This document shows, piece after piece, positions 13,490 through 26,057 of a DNA stretch of 64,000 bases; the stretch's first letter is position 1, and every line of letters starts with the position of its first letter. Where the stretch lies: assembly GCA_010405405.1 (NCBI GenBank), contig MU004235.1, positions 882,538 through 946,537 of the forward strand. Direction: 5' to 3'. This DNA comes from Microthyrium microscopicum. Lineage: Eukaryota. The notes beneath the pieces are model-generated. The model had not been told where the DNA came from and searched no databases. It was given only the letters and a program-made list of their open reading frames with translations. The translations under genes and the position numbers were made by a program.

Positions 13490-15235
13490 TATTACCTTTT
13501 CTTTTTATAAACCTTTTTAGAAACTAGTATTAATTTCTTTACTTTCTTTTACCTAGGTTTAGTTACTAAAGGATTATTTTTAGAAATATAAGGTAATAAT
13601 ATAATACTAGTATTTACTCTTACATATATTACTATTTAAGTTTTACTAGGTAGTATTATAGTAGATAGTTTTCTTTTATAATAATTAACCTTTTTTAAAC
13701 CTAAGGATATTTATCTTAAAGGACTTTTAGCTAGGTTATTAAATACTTTTTATATATCTTAAATATTCTTCTTTATAACCTAGAGTTATTAATTTAGTAT
13801 AAATATATTAGTAGGATTCTCTTTTAAGTACTCTTAGTATTCTTTTAGTATTATCTTAAAGAATAAATTATTATCTTAGAAGTTAGCGTTCTAGTTACTA
13901 CTTTTATTTAAGAAATAAACTAAATTAAGGCTAATAGAGTTAGTATTCTTAGAAGAGTAGTTACTTTTATCCTTATCTTTATTATTTAAACTATTATTAT
14001 TATTAAAATTATTATTATTATTAAAATTATTAATATTATTAATATTATTAATCTTTTTATTATTAATGAGGTTAATTTAGGGAGTAACTAGCGACTTTAT
14101 TTTAAGTATTAATAGTAGAGCTACGGTTTTAGTTTAGTAACCCTTTATCTCTTTCTTAATAGAAGTATCTAGATCTATCTTAATAGAAACCTTTTTCTTT
14201 TTATTAACTTTCTTTAATATAGAAGTACCTAAGCTAGATTTAGTTATTATTTTAATTAGTAATTTTTTAGCTAGAGGTATTAGTAATATTAGTTATAGAA
14301 TAAAGTTATCTACTAATAGTAAGTTACTTACTAGGTATATATAGACTTTTAATAGTAATTTCTTAGTTCTATGCTAACTAGAATATTTATATATATTACG
14401 TATAGACTTATAGTCTACTATATTTTAACTAATATTAATAGGTTTATTCTTTATATTAATCTATATAGCTAAACTTTATTATCTCTTATTAATTTAGTCT
14501 TACGTAATCTAGATACCTTTCTTTAGCTAAATATATTCCTAAATAAACTAATCTCTTATATTAATATAATATAGCTACTTATCTTTATTAAATACGTAAT
14601 AGTTATAAACTATATAGAATTAACCTAGTAAATATATTAATACTTTTATATATACTTTATAAAAAGTACTTTCTACTAATCTAAAGAGTTTTAATAAATA
14701 TTAGAATACTATCTTTATTAATATAGTTATAAGTATTAATAGTAATATAGGCCTACTACTCTATAATAATAGGGTTAGCTCTAGCTTTATTACCTAGCTT
14801 CTTAAAGATAGATGTCTATTAATTATCTTAAGTAAGTACTATAGCGTTTACTATTATTACTTTTACTTATATCTTTATTAAAGTATAGTTAGCTATACTA
14901 GTTAAATATTAAGCTTAGTAACTATAATTCTAGTATACTTTACTTAGTTTTTTATTTAAAAGTTTAAAAGATATAAGATCTTTTACTATTCTTGCCTTAT
15001 AGCTATTAATATACCTTAGTCTAAAAGAGTTTAGAAACTTAGTAAAATTAATAACCTTAGCCCTAAGTAGAACTATAAAGCTAGTTAATAGAGCTTAACT
15101 ATTTAATAGAGCTTAAGTAGTAAAAATAGTAAGCAGAGTACTATATTATATATATATATTACCTATTAGTTTTATATAATTAATAGCTAGTTCTTTTATT
15201 AAGGATTTAGTATAGTATTTATTAACTTAAGCTAT
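13490..15235 (-). pseudogene. RIP-destroyed ORF of unknown function with an acidic low-complexity tract, directly downstream of the IS3EU-like transposase
   Basis: Long minus-strand frames interrupted only by TAA/TAG; aat-rich run at 13980-14070 de-RIPs to a D-rich tract; probable short intron near 14625-14655. Bounds approximate. Confidence 0.5.
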
Positions 15236-15448
15236 AATAAGAGTTTTATAAAGATTTTAAGAATTATTAAAATTATTAAATATCTAAATTTATTATAAGT
15301 AAATACTATATAGGTTTTATTTACTTAATATAAGCTATTAACTTAGAAAAGGTAATTAAGATAATATATTAAGAAAAAATATAATAAACTAAAATATATA
15401 TAAATAAAGAACTAATTAAAATATAAAATAGGCTCTATATATAAACTA

Positions 15449-17152
15449 CTACTTATCTTGTTTACTTTTATAGGTCTCTAAGTCCTTATTACTCTCCTAG
15501 TTTAAGTTACCTTTTATCTTTATCTTTAGTATATCTCTAGCTATAATAGCTACATAAGTTAAATTAGTATCTACTTATTCTTATCTTTTAATAAATATAC
15601 TTATTAGACTTAATATTAGTTATACTTTAGAGTTAATATATTTCTATAAAGCTACTCTTAATTATAAATACTCTTCTCTAAAAAGGATATCTTTATTAAG
15701 CTTATTCTTATACTAATTAGAGCAATTAAAGCTAAATCTTTACTAAAGAAGTATACTATAAATAAAGTTTAGTATCTCTTATAGTAGGTAACTATTTTTA
15801 TTCTAAGCTTTAACTTATTTACGTTTACTATAAATATAAGTAAAATTAGTGTAAAATATGTAATTCTTATAGCTAAAGAGTAAATAAAAATATAGAAACT
15901 AAGGCTTATTAGTAACTATACTAGGTTAGTTTTTTTAAATATAAATATAATAGCTATTCTAAGTATCTACGTAAGATTAAATCTCTTAAAGAATAATTAA
16001 TAAATATATTACGTAGATTATAATCTAATTAGTAAGACTATCTTTACTAAAGGCTTCTTCTATTTAAAATGCTTATAAATATATCTATTTTCTAATTAGT
16101 AGTTATTTCTAAAGTCTTAAAGTTAACTTACTCTTTATTTAAATATAGCTTCTTTAGATAACTATCTCTACTATGCTTTAATTTACTAATTAAATATACT
16201 TATTCTATAGATATAGGTCTAGTTAAACTAGATTTAAGGGTATATTCTTTATAAAAATTTATATTAAGTAGTAGCTAATATAACTATTTCTTTATCCTAA
16301 TTAGAATAAATAAAGTATAGTATTATCTCTTCTTACTTAAGGTAATTAAGATATTAATAAAGTACGCTAATACTTATTAAGTTTAAGATACTAGTATATA
16401 TTTAAAGTATATTTCTAAGTACTATTAGTATATTTAAAAAACTAATTAAAGGATACCTAAGTATATTATTACCTTAAGTACCTATTAATATAGGTATAAA
16501 TCTTAATACTATATAGTTTAAGCTTATTATACTTATTAATAAACTATATAAAATTTAGTCTTAGAATAATATACTCTCTTTAATAGCAAAATAAATTTAT
16601 TAAGTATAGTATATAATCTTCTAAATTAAGCTTAAGGCTAATTACTATAAGGCGCTTTTAGGAAATAATATAGCCTTAAATATAGAAGTAGTATACTAGT
16701 AAATAATAATCTAAACTATTAATATTATCTCTTACTTATTCTAGTTAAATAATTTTATAATCTTAGATATATTATACTTTAGCTTATTATAGTATATTAT
16801 TTATATAGTATTAATAAAGCCTAAGACTATAGTAATAATAATAAAGTATTTATCTTTTAAAAAAGTAGCTCTTTAACTATAGAGCTATTAATATTTTATA
16901 GTCTATTACTTCTTTCTTATAGTAAAAGAATATAATTTTATCTTCTAAATTACTAGTTAAAGGTATAAGTTTATTCTAGTAGGCTTTTATAACTTTTTAA
17001 GATTTAAATATAGTTTATAAGGTACGTTTACTAACTAAGACGTTATATTTTTAATATAATATTATAATAATTTACTAATATATTTCCTCTTTTTTTATTA
17101 TAATTTATAGTTCTTCTTAGTATAGATCTAGATTAATTAAAAAAGGTACTAT
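15449..17152 (-). pseudogene. IS3EU-type DDE transposase (Clr5-like N-terminus plus integrase core), RIP-inactivated
   Basis: De-RIP reading: N-terminal IDLDPYREEL...VSVSKRTL; EYIVPGPNFIWSIDGHDKLKPYGIEIY.CIDGYSR at about 16578-16472; FIRSDRGKET near 16310-16285. Confidence 0.8.
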
Positions 17153-18527
17153 ATTAATAACGTAATAAAAGAAGAAAAAAAGATAGTAGTAAGGTAAAAG
17201 AAGAAAGAAAGATAATAACTAAACTAATATAGATAGATTTATATATCTTATATATATAATATCTATATAGAAAATTAACTTATTACTAACTACTCTTCTA
17301 TACTAAAGCCTTAAAGTCTATAATAACCTTAAAATATAAACCTTAGAGTTTATAATAAACCCTAAACTATTTATATTTATATTTTATTACTTATAAATTA
17401 TTATTTAAGATACTTAAGCCCTTTTCTTATACTACCCTAAAGAATAAAATATCTTAAAATAGGGCTATTTAGTAATTATAATTATAATTTATATTTTTTA
17501 AACTCTAGTTTAGGGTTTTTAGATTTTTAGTTTTTGGTTTTCCTTAATGTTGCTAGGTAGGCCATAATGCGCTTCTATACGCCACTATATCCAGCCTTGC
17601 AATAATAGCGTGCCAGCCTCGTAACCTCACAAGCTAGAATATCAAGTATGAATTTATTGTTTTAAGTAAGTAATTCATTTTTTGGATATATTATGAGCAC
17701 ACAACATAATCTACTCATACTTGCTGAAAACTAAGATCCAATAGGAAATATCATAGTTGGTGGGAGACGAGGACCTCGAGTCCATCGAAACCACTCCTCT
17801 AACTTATTCCAAACTCCAAAGTCTCAAAGGGGGTTCCTTCAATTACTGTATACATCTCTACGCTACTACATAACGTTACCTGTTAGAACATCTCTCCTCA
17901 AAATAATCAAACCTGTCCGCCCCATCGAGTGCTAAACAAAAACATACACATAAAGAGCCGCCAATCTCAAACGCTAACCCACCAGTCATGGCAAACCGCC
18001 CGGGTATCTCATATGTAATCATACCATGTCGCATGCGATCAAAAAAATGGGTGGAAAACTTGATAATACAAAAAATCAGGCGAATATCCCAGTGAGCTGG
18101 GTCAATGCAAATCATGACGTGTGATATCATTTGCTCTCGTTCTGATCATCGTAATTTCGTTAATAAAGAGACAGCCCATATGCCAGTTCCCGGCCCATAA
18201 ACAAGCTTCAAGGTCCCAGCAATGGTGGACGCTTTAAGTACGTGTTGGGCTAACAAAACATACACTAAAGCGGTGGGGAGTAGAGGAGTTGTGGAAAGTA
18301 AAGTGATAGTGGTGGGTGATGTGAGGAGGGAAGGAGGGGAAACATGACATGATGAGATGATGGTGAAATGCCGAAAAGGGGTGGTGCATGGTGTTTGAGG
18401 ATGATAGAGGTCCAACGCCGCTCGTCAGTACAATGAAAATCTGTCCTCGTTGAAGGACACAAGAAGTTCCTTAGCCCGACAGTGGTGATAAGTTTACTTC
18501 TTAACCATCTAGACAAGATGTATACAG

Positions 18528-20145
18528 CTAGTATCCTTCCTCGCCGGCCCGACAGACCTTGACATCCTTTACCCACTCGGATTGAAGGACTTGATGTGCT
18601 GTTAGGCGACGATTGGGGTTGGGATCGAGCACCGAGTAGATGACATTGCGGCATTGACGCTAAAGTGTGTTAGTTTCTGGTTCATATACGAGGAAGGGGG
18701 CGACTTACACGACGTAGAATTTCTATGGGTCGGAACCCACTCTCCTCCCGGCGATCCTCAAGGTATCGAGTAAAGAATTCATCTTCTCCTTTTTGCGCGA
18801 CGCGCCAAAGGTGACGACCAGTGCGCATGGCCATGTAAATGACACCGCAGGCCCATACGTCAACAGCGCGAGGGTCAAACTCCTTGTCAACGTACTCTTC
18901 TGGGGCAATGTATGGAGCAGAGCCACATAGACCGGCAGTCATATGCGCTTCCTTCTCCCAGGCCATACGGAAACATTCGCCATTGCCAAAGTCGGTGATC
19001 TTAAGAGCGCCGTTGCAGGTGAGAAGAAGATTCTCTGGTTTGAGGTCGCGATGAGCTACACCCATCTCATGCATGTACTCGACACCACGCATGAGCTGCT
19101 TGAAGTAGCAATCTGCTTCAATGACTTCGAGATTACCGGCAGCCAAGATAAGGGTGTATAGATCACCACCAGCGCAGAATTCCATGACTTCGCAATAATC
19201 GCCTTTGTCGTCTTGAAGAAGATCAAGAGTTTGAATGACATTTGGATGCTGCATGGATGATGATAGGCAAAACTCCGAGGTCAAGCGCTTTTGATATTTC
19301 TTGGCCGATTCACTTGGGCGCTTGTGGAACTCCTTGACCGCATAGAGCAGTTCTTTACGAGGATCCTTCGCATCTTGCTTATGAGCAACACGAACGATGC
19401 CAAATGCACCATGTCCAACGATCTCTTGGCATTTTCCGTATTTTTCAACCAAGGACATTGAATGGTTCGGACCACCCTTGAGATCCGCTGAAGCCTTGGC
19501 CTCCGTCTTTTTCTGGATAACCCAATCGTGCATTAAAGTGAGCGGTTGCTCCTCTGTGCCTTCCTTTTTGCTCCACAAGCTTCGAACCATATCCTTGATC
19601 TTCTGATGACGTTTGGCGACTTTGAGATAATGTCCATGGGTTCCATCGTCGTTCATATAGAAGCGTTTTGGAGCCCCATGATCATCGGTCGGGAGCTTTT
19701 TGTCGGCGACTTTGTCAGAAGCCGAGCCATTGATGGTGGTGAGGCCAGTCGATGGTCCTTTAGTGGTGGTAGTGGAACTCGAACTGCTGGCAACACCGGT
19801 TTCGGGAACCTTGGAGCTGGCGGGAGCCTCTTGGATGGTATCGGGGACCTTATCGCGATTTTCTTTGACTTCAGGTGTATCGCGACGAAAGATGCCACTT
19901 ATCCGAGAGGTCATAGTAGGCTTCTTGGAGGCAGACGGACGTTTTGCGCTTCCATTTGTGAGGCCATTTGGAGGAGAAGTAGGTGTTATTGTGGATACCG
20001 ATCCATTGACCGGGGTCCTATCCTGTGGGGCTCCATTTTGACCGTTTTGAGATTTGAGCGATGATGCAGATGATTCGGGAGGGGACTGCTTTGGACGCGA
20101 AGCCAGCGAGCTGGACTGGGGTTGAGGGTCTGAAGTGGCCGACAT
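18528..20145 (-). CDS. hal4: HAL-family Ser/Thr protein kinase (Hal4/Sat4-like); exons 20145-18709 and 18659-18528
   Basis: Kinase motifs GHGAFG, YAVKEF, RLTSEFCLSSSMQHPN, HRDLKPEN, DFGNGECFRMAWE. A GT-AG intron at 18708-18660 with a CTAAC branch site restores the C-terminus ending CRAGEEGY*. Confidence 0.95.
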
Positions 20146-23100
20146 GTCTAGGCTGATGTACGGTCGATCTTGATAGGAGCTTTGCGGGGACTCGGTGATT
20201 TATTGAGGGTTGGAGGGACAGCACACGCTTGCAATGGTTGAAGATGATGTTGGCGGCAAGACGCGCGATACTCTGGGCCTACGCCCGAGCAACTAATGTT
20301 ATTGTTGGCACGGAATGGTGAAGGCTGAGCGTCGCGCACGATGCTCAGTGAAAGTTTATTGAGGTTTGAGGTGAGGAGAGGGAAGCGGTGGAGAGGGGCG
20401 AGGAGCAGGGCAAATATAAATAATAAGACTTTTGTAAGCGGGCGCACAGTGGGCAGGGAGTGGCAGAAGGGCGTGGACGGTTGCGGTGTAGTTTTCGTGA
20501 AATTAGAGAGATTTGTCAGGCAATGTGCAGAACTCAGTACTCAGTAGTCTAGAGTAGAGTAGAGCCTAGTAAAGGTGAAGATTGGAGGTGCAGTCAAAAG
20601 CGGCAGCAGCGATGATGACCGACGTGCAGCACAGGATTCCGCCGTGTTTTGCTGCACTGCAAAAGCCTGTACGGTATGGCAAGCGGTTTGGTAAGAACCA
20701 GACCAGAGCGCGCAAGACCAGAGTTCTGGCTGCCAGCGGAACGTGGTTCAATTTACTAGGTCCCAATGGTTTCAGTGGGAAATAATGATGCTGATGAGGA
20801 ATCAGGATCGATGTCAATTAATGAAAGGTGGAATGGAATAATGGCCTGAAGAAGTGGTGTGTCTCGTGTCTCGACCGCCGCTTTCTCTCTTGCTGAAGCT
20901 GATTCTTGCATGTGGTAAGAAGATTTGAAGGTCTGCTGCTCCCTCTGCTCTAATTCTTGTCCGATCGGACTAGCAAAATGCTCTAGGGTAAAGAAGGGTT
21001 TTGCGACAGCGAGGCTGTGCTGCAGCTGGACTGGCTTGGATTGCAAACGAACCACACCCTTTTCAGATGGAATCTACTAATGCCAACTGCCGAGGAGTAG
21101 GGAGGTAGCCCGAATGGATTTGGAGTGATAGTGGGGCCTGAATTTCTCGTTGGCAATTAGAAGGATGAAAGTGATATCTGCAAAATCATTTTATGCGAAC
21201 AAGGCAAAAGGAGTACAATGTACAACTGCTAGTATTCACTGTAACCGCTGGTACACTACGACCAAGCAAGTGCCGCTCTACAGATATGGTTCCTGAACCA
21301 GAACACAAGATGAGGCTAAAGGTTGGTCAAGGTAAACGCTTGGCTCTAGTACTCTACCAAGAAAAGTCCCTGCCAAGCTTTGATGCCCAGACAATTACTC
21401 GGAATATGAACGTCCTTCGACTTCATCCCTTTAGTCATTTTTTCAACGGCAGTACAACATTACCTCTAAAGCCCTATGATGGATCAGGTTAATCGAAAAT
21501 AGCAATAAGAACGGATTCAGTAGGATCTGGATGTGGAACTTATGAAGAGATAGCGAAATGTCGGCAGAGTTCCACCCTTCTAACGGTACCAGCAATCCAA
21601 CAACTCCTACTCAGGTACATCGCCACGTTTCCATTCACAATGAGAGTTTGCAGTAGTGGCATCTACTTACACCTGTTCCATACATGTGCTCATCAGACCA
21701 TATAGGGCTACGATCCTCTCCATCAATAGCAACGATAATCCTCCAGCGTTATGTTACTTTGTCCATCCATATCAGTCCCAGCGGCAAACGAACTAAGTTA
21801 CCATGACCAACCAGTATCCGTCCCCAGTCTCTACATGCTGTTCCTTGTCTTTACTTTAGCGACTTGTTCCTCCCAGCCTATGAGGCTACTTGAAAATTCG
21901 GGGATCCTACTTGTCAAAAGCCTCAAGCTTTTACGCCCCATGTATGAGTTCAAGGGACCGCATGTGGGGCTGTACTCTATCTCTCATGTCTGGAGAAAGA
22001 CAGCTTTTCATTATTCTTTCCGAATGTTCGGCTATCCACTAGCTCGACTAGCACACGGCGGTCCACACGGAAAAACAAGCTCGGCCACGCGATCCACGAG
22101 TTCTAGAACCATGGGAATAACTACCAAAACGGAGTCGTGTGCGGGGAAGTAGGGGAACACCGGTAGCCAGCTGAAGCTCAACACCAAGTCTGTAAGTTGA
22201 GATATCACGCAAGGTCTGTCGTGGCAGCATTGGCAGTACTGATAAGTATATCAGCTTCCGGTATGTGTTTTTTCATATATCAAAGTAGAGGCCATCCTCA
22301 TCCTCTTCAGTAGCTCTGTAGTGCATGTTTCCGATGCACCTACCGATCAGCATAGCTCTAAAATGCTTGATAGACGGCATCATTGTCTGCAATATTCAGT
22401 TCTTCTTTCATGAATAGACATAGAGGCTTTGCAATCTTCAATCAGACTGTTAGATGCTTTACGCATGGAAAGTTTTATGGCGCTTCAAGTCTGGACTGTC
22501 CTCAAACGCACCAAGGCTGTGAAGCCTGTATCGGACCCAGACTACTTCCCATACTTACAAATTCTCCGCTTCATTATGCAATTCCATCTCCAGGGTATAG
22601 GTACTCTAGACTCTACTCCGTTGTCAACTTGAAGAACAAAAATTCCTAATCAGGCTCGCCCTTTTTTACAACTTGACATCATCATCATACCAAACTAACT
22701 CGACATTGTAAAATATTCACGCGGCATATATCAAAGCGCCAATTTCCAAATCAACTCTTATCAGCCTTTGCCCCTTTTTGCCGCACCATACAGTACGCAA
22801 TATATGTAGCCTTCTGGTCGTTGTTCATTGGTCAATATGCAGAACTCCCCTACCAGAACTGCACAGATTGCATCGGTAGTCTCTCTCCTTCCAAAACCTA
22901 CCACAATCGAACCGCGTGTCTTACTCACAATGCCTTGAGAAAAGCTCATCGCAGCTACATAGTGGTGCCCTAGATCCCGTGCAATCAATTTGGTTACCGT
23001 AGTATCCCACTCTACTTCCCGTCAATGAGTGTAGTCGGGTCCGGGACGTCGCGACGGCTCGCTAGGGCCCTCGCCCAGGTTCCCAAGGTAGGTATCCAAG

Positions 23101-23819
23101 GTACCGTGAGCTTTCTTATATTGATATTTTATATTTGCGCCAACGAAAGCGTGAACGCTGTACCTATGCGCTTCTTCAGCTATACAGCTTACATCCCACT
23201 CATCTCCCCCTCTACCGTATATCGTATACTGTATATCAGTGAGCACTGTCAAGCACCGGTTTTGAAGGGACTCCTCGTCTTTGTATCCTCGTCGACAGAG
23301 TTTCGTTGTCTTATGTTCGACAGAGCGTGTTCTAGGGATTGAAGCAGACTGTAATCGTTGTCGATAGCGTTCTTAGGAAGAGCTTTATGATATTGTACTC
23401 TCACTATCCGATGGTACAGTACTAGGCATGCTAGAAATCGCAGCTGACTTGGGAGATAATCTATTACTCGGATTCGCATGATCGTCCAGTTGCTTGTGGC
23501 CAATCCCAGCCTGATAGCTCAACCGACTTCCCGGTCCTCTATTTGAATATCACCGCTTTCAGGACTTTCTATATTCCCTATATTCTGCAATTGGATGGTA
23601 CGTTGCGACAAGCATCTATCTAGATTTCCATGGCACTTCTATTCATTTATAGTGGTTCTTGTACACATGGTCGTACTAGGTTTTACCAGTTTGCTGGAGT
23701 CCAATGCTTTCGGTAATGAAGAAGATGTTCCCGCGTTCTCGAAATGTTGTTCATAATCGCTCTTTGAATCCTTAGACGTGTTACCACTCAACCTTGGAAG
23801 TCACTCATTGTCCGCTATC

Positions 23820-25237
23820 ATGAAGGCCCCAGTGACTATTTTTCTCGCGACCGCTACTTTGGCGGCAGGCGCTACCATCCAGCGAAGACAAGGCCTTGCG
23901 CAACTGGCTAAGGAGGTACCATCTCTCACTCCAATTGTGATAGATGCGCAGCCACAAGTTCGCAAAAACGCCACAAGAAAACTGCTGCGATTCGGTCCTT
24001 TCAAACTTCCCGCCAACAAGGTGACTTCCGATACTCCACTTTGAAGAGACCGGCAGTCTAACATACTTATGTAGGGAGATGCCGTCGCCCCAAAGCCCGG
24101 CATGGATGCTGGACACAGCCATGGTGGAGCTCCCAAGAGCCAGGAATTGGGCTCGCTTCTAAAAGAGCAAAAGCCAATGGATCCAAACGGCTTCATAACT
24201 ACAAAACGTGTAATTGGAGGTTTCTGCAGTGACTGTACAGTTCTTGCTGGCAAAACGACTACTGTTTTCGAGAATGGAGACCATGCAACTGTAGCAAAAG
24301 GCGTGTACCTTCATCACGCGCTCGCTATTGATGCGACAAAGGCAAATCCAACATATCTTCCTGGCTGCCCCAAAGATGCCGCAGTTTCAAAGGGAGGTGC
24401 TGCGTTCTCGCCGTTCTTGGGTGGAGCTGTTGATGAGTTCACTCAGTATTATACGACTCCTGATGGCAAGTTCAACTCGGGTTATTACATTGGGAACAAC
24501 AGTGAGTCAAATGTTCTTTTATTGTTAACAGTCGATGTCTAACCTGTTATACCTAGCCTTCCTACTTCAAACCGAGATTGTAAATTATCAACCTACGGAG
24601 CAGAACGTGTACGTTCAAGTGGACATTGAATACCTTCCTGGAAAAGTTGGCATTGATGCCTCGCAGAGCACGTTGGCTTCAACGGGTGAGTTGAGTCTGC
24701 TACCCAAAGCGTCGCATCACTGACAAATATCAGCTTGTGACAACGCTCTACAAGTCTTTAAACCAAAGAAAGGAGAGAAGGGCGAAATAGTAAGCAGTGA
24801 CTATGTCGTTCCGAGATCAGGCTCTCTCCTTTCCATTCGAGGCCGTAAGTATCAGCTTGCCACGTCCCAGCCGACTTCCAAGCATGCTGATATTCATAGA
24901 TATGCATGACGGAGGCAGTGCGGTCAAGGTCAAGGTCAACGGCAAAGAAGTCTGCTCTTCAAATGCCATCTACGGAGGAACCGGTGCAACACTCATCGTC
25001 GATGGCAAGGAATGGCAGACGATTACCAAGATGACGGAATGTCCTGGGCCTGTTCCAATCAAGAAAGATGATAAGATACAAGTCATCGCCGCATTCGATA
25101 CTATCGCTCATCCCCCGTGAGTCTCCTCTGTTCAAGTCCCTGAAAGACCAGATGCTAATTCTACCAGGCGTGAGTCGCATGGCGAGGAACAAGAGGGAAT
25201 GGGCATCATCACTTTCGTATTTGTACCAGAAACATGA
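23820..25237 (+). CDS. Secreted protein resembling the stress-up-regulated Nod19 / PHM-like copper monooxygenase fold; 6 exons (23820-24020, 24075-24501, 24557-24685, 24734-24844, 24900-25116, 25168-25237)
   Basis: Signal peptide MKAPVTIFLATATLAAGA. Five GT-AG introns join a continuous frame containing C-x2-C, YLHH, GHMHDGG and a C-terminal MGI. Confidence 0.8.
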
Positions 25238-26057
25238 ACGGATACGAATGATGCGAACGAGGTTGAACAAAGTCCCGCCAACAGGTTGCAAATCCATGAG
25301 ACGTAGAGTTTATATTGCCTATGTTGCATAAACTTGATAAGTGAGCCGATACTGGACTTCATTGTTGAAATCGCACATGTAAAAGCATTTCGTACGCCCC
25401 CCAAACCATCACAACAATCTCACATCAACTCCATTCCACAAGACCCACCAGACGCCTACGCAGTATCTACTGTACTGTACCTAGCTCTATACTTTCTGCA
25501 TGTCCCATTGGCCAAAGTCTAAAGCTCCCCTACCGCAGGTATTGCATCGGAAGTCCAGGCTTCATACATATGCAATGCACGCTTTGATATTCTGAAAACA
25601 CCAGCACATGTGTTTGCGTGTGTGTTTCCTCTCAATGATGACCCGGAGCCAACCTGACGGGTCCGCGTGTATCGAGCTGTTGGGTGTAAATAAATGCCGC
25701 AAAATGTGTTCACCGCGGGCCTGGCCGGGACATGAAAGCCCTTGTCAATCAACGGTAGGAAGATGATGGAATCCGTTTGATATGGCAATTTTGGTATGGT
25801 GATTGGGTTTGTGCGATTAGGGAGATTGCGAGATATGTTCGCGATCTGGTATTTTGGGTTGGATTTGTAAGGTTGTACCTTTGTGCTGTCAATACTAGAA
25901 ACTTGCTGTGAGGTTGATATCAGTCTTGCCGTGTATTAGTGGTATGCCTATGATAAACAAGCGTATTATGTTGCACTAGTTCAAACACATCACGGTAACT
26001 GCTAGTATCTCGCATTGAAATGATGGGCAATCAGTTCCGCTTCAAGTGACTACAACC

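Noticed and set aside
17505..17520. Telomere-like tttaggg
   Set aside because: Single unit within a subterminal inverted repeat; no array.
17660..17675. taagtaagtaa as a Starship or LINE end
   Set aside because: Short, lies in non-RIPed flank about 100 bp beyond the compositional boundary, and has no supporting captain gene at that end or RT gene.
20150..23800. Many short ORFs in the 3.6-kb intergenic region (e.g. 21751-22152, 22383-22649, 23025-23342)
   Set aside because: No recognisable motifs, convincing signal peptides or coherent exon chains. A small gene or lncRNA cannot be excluded without RNA data.
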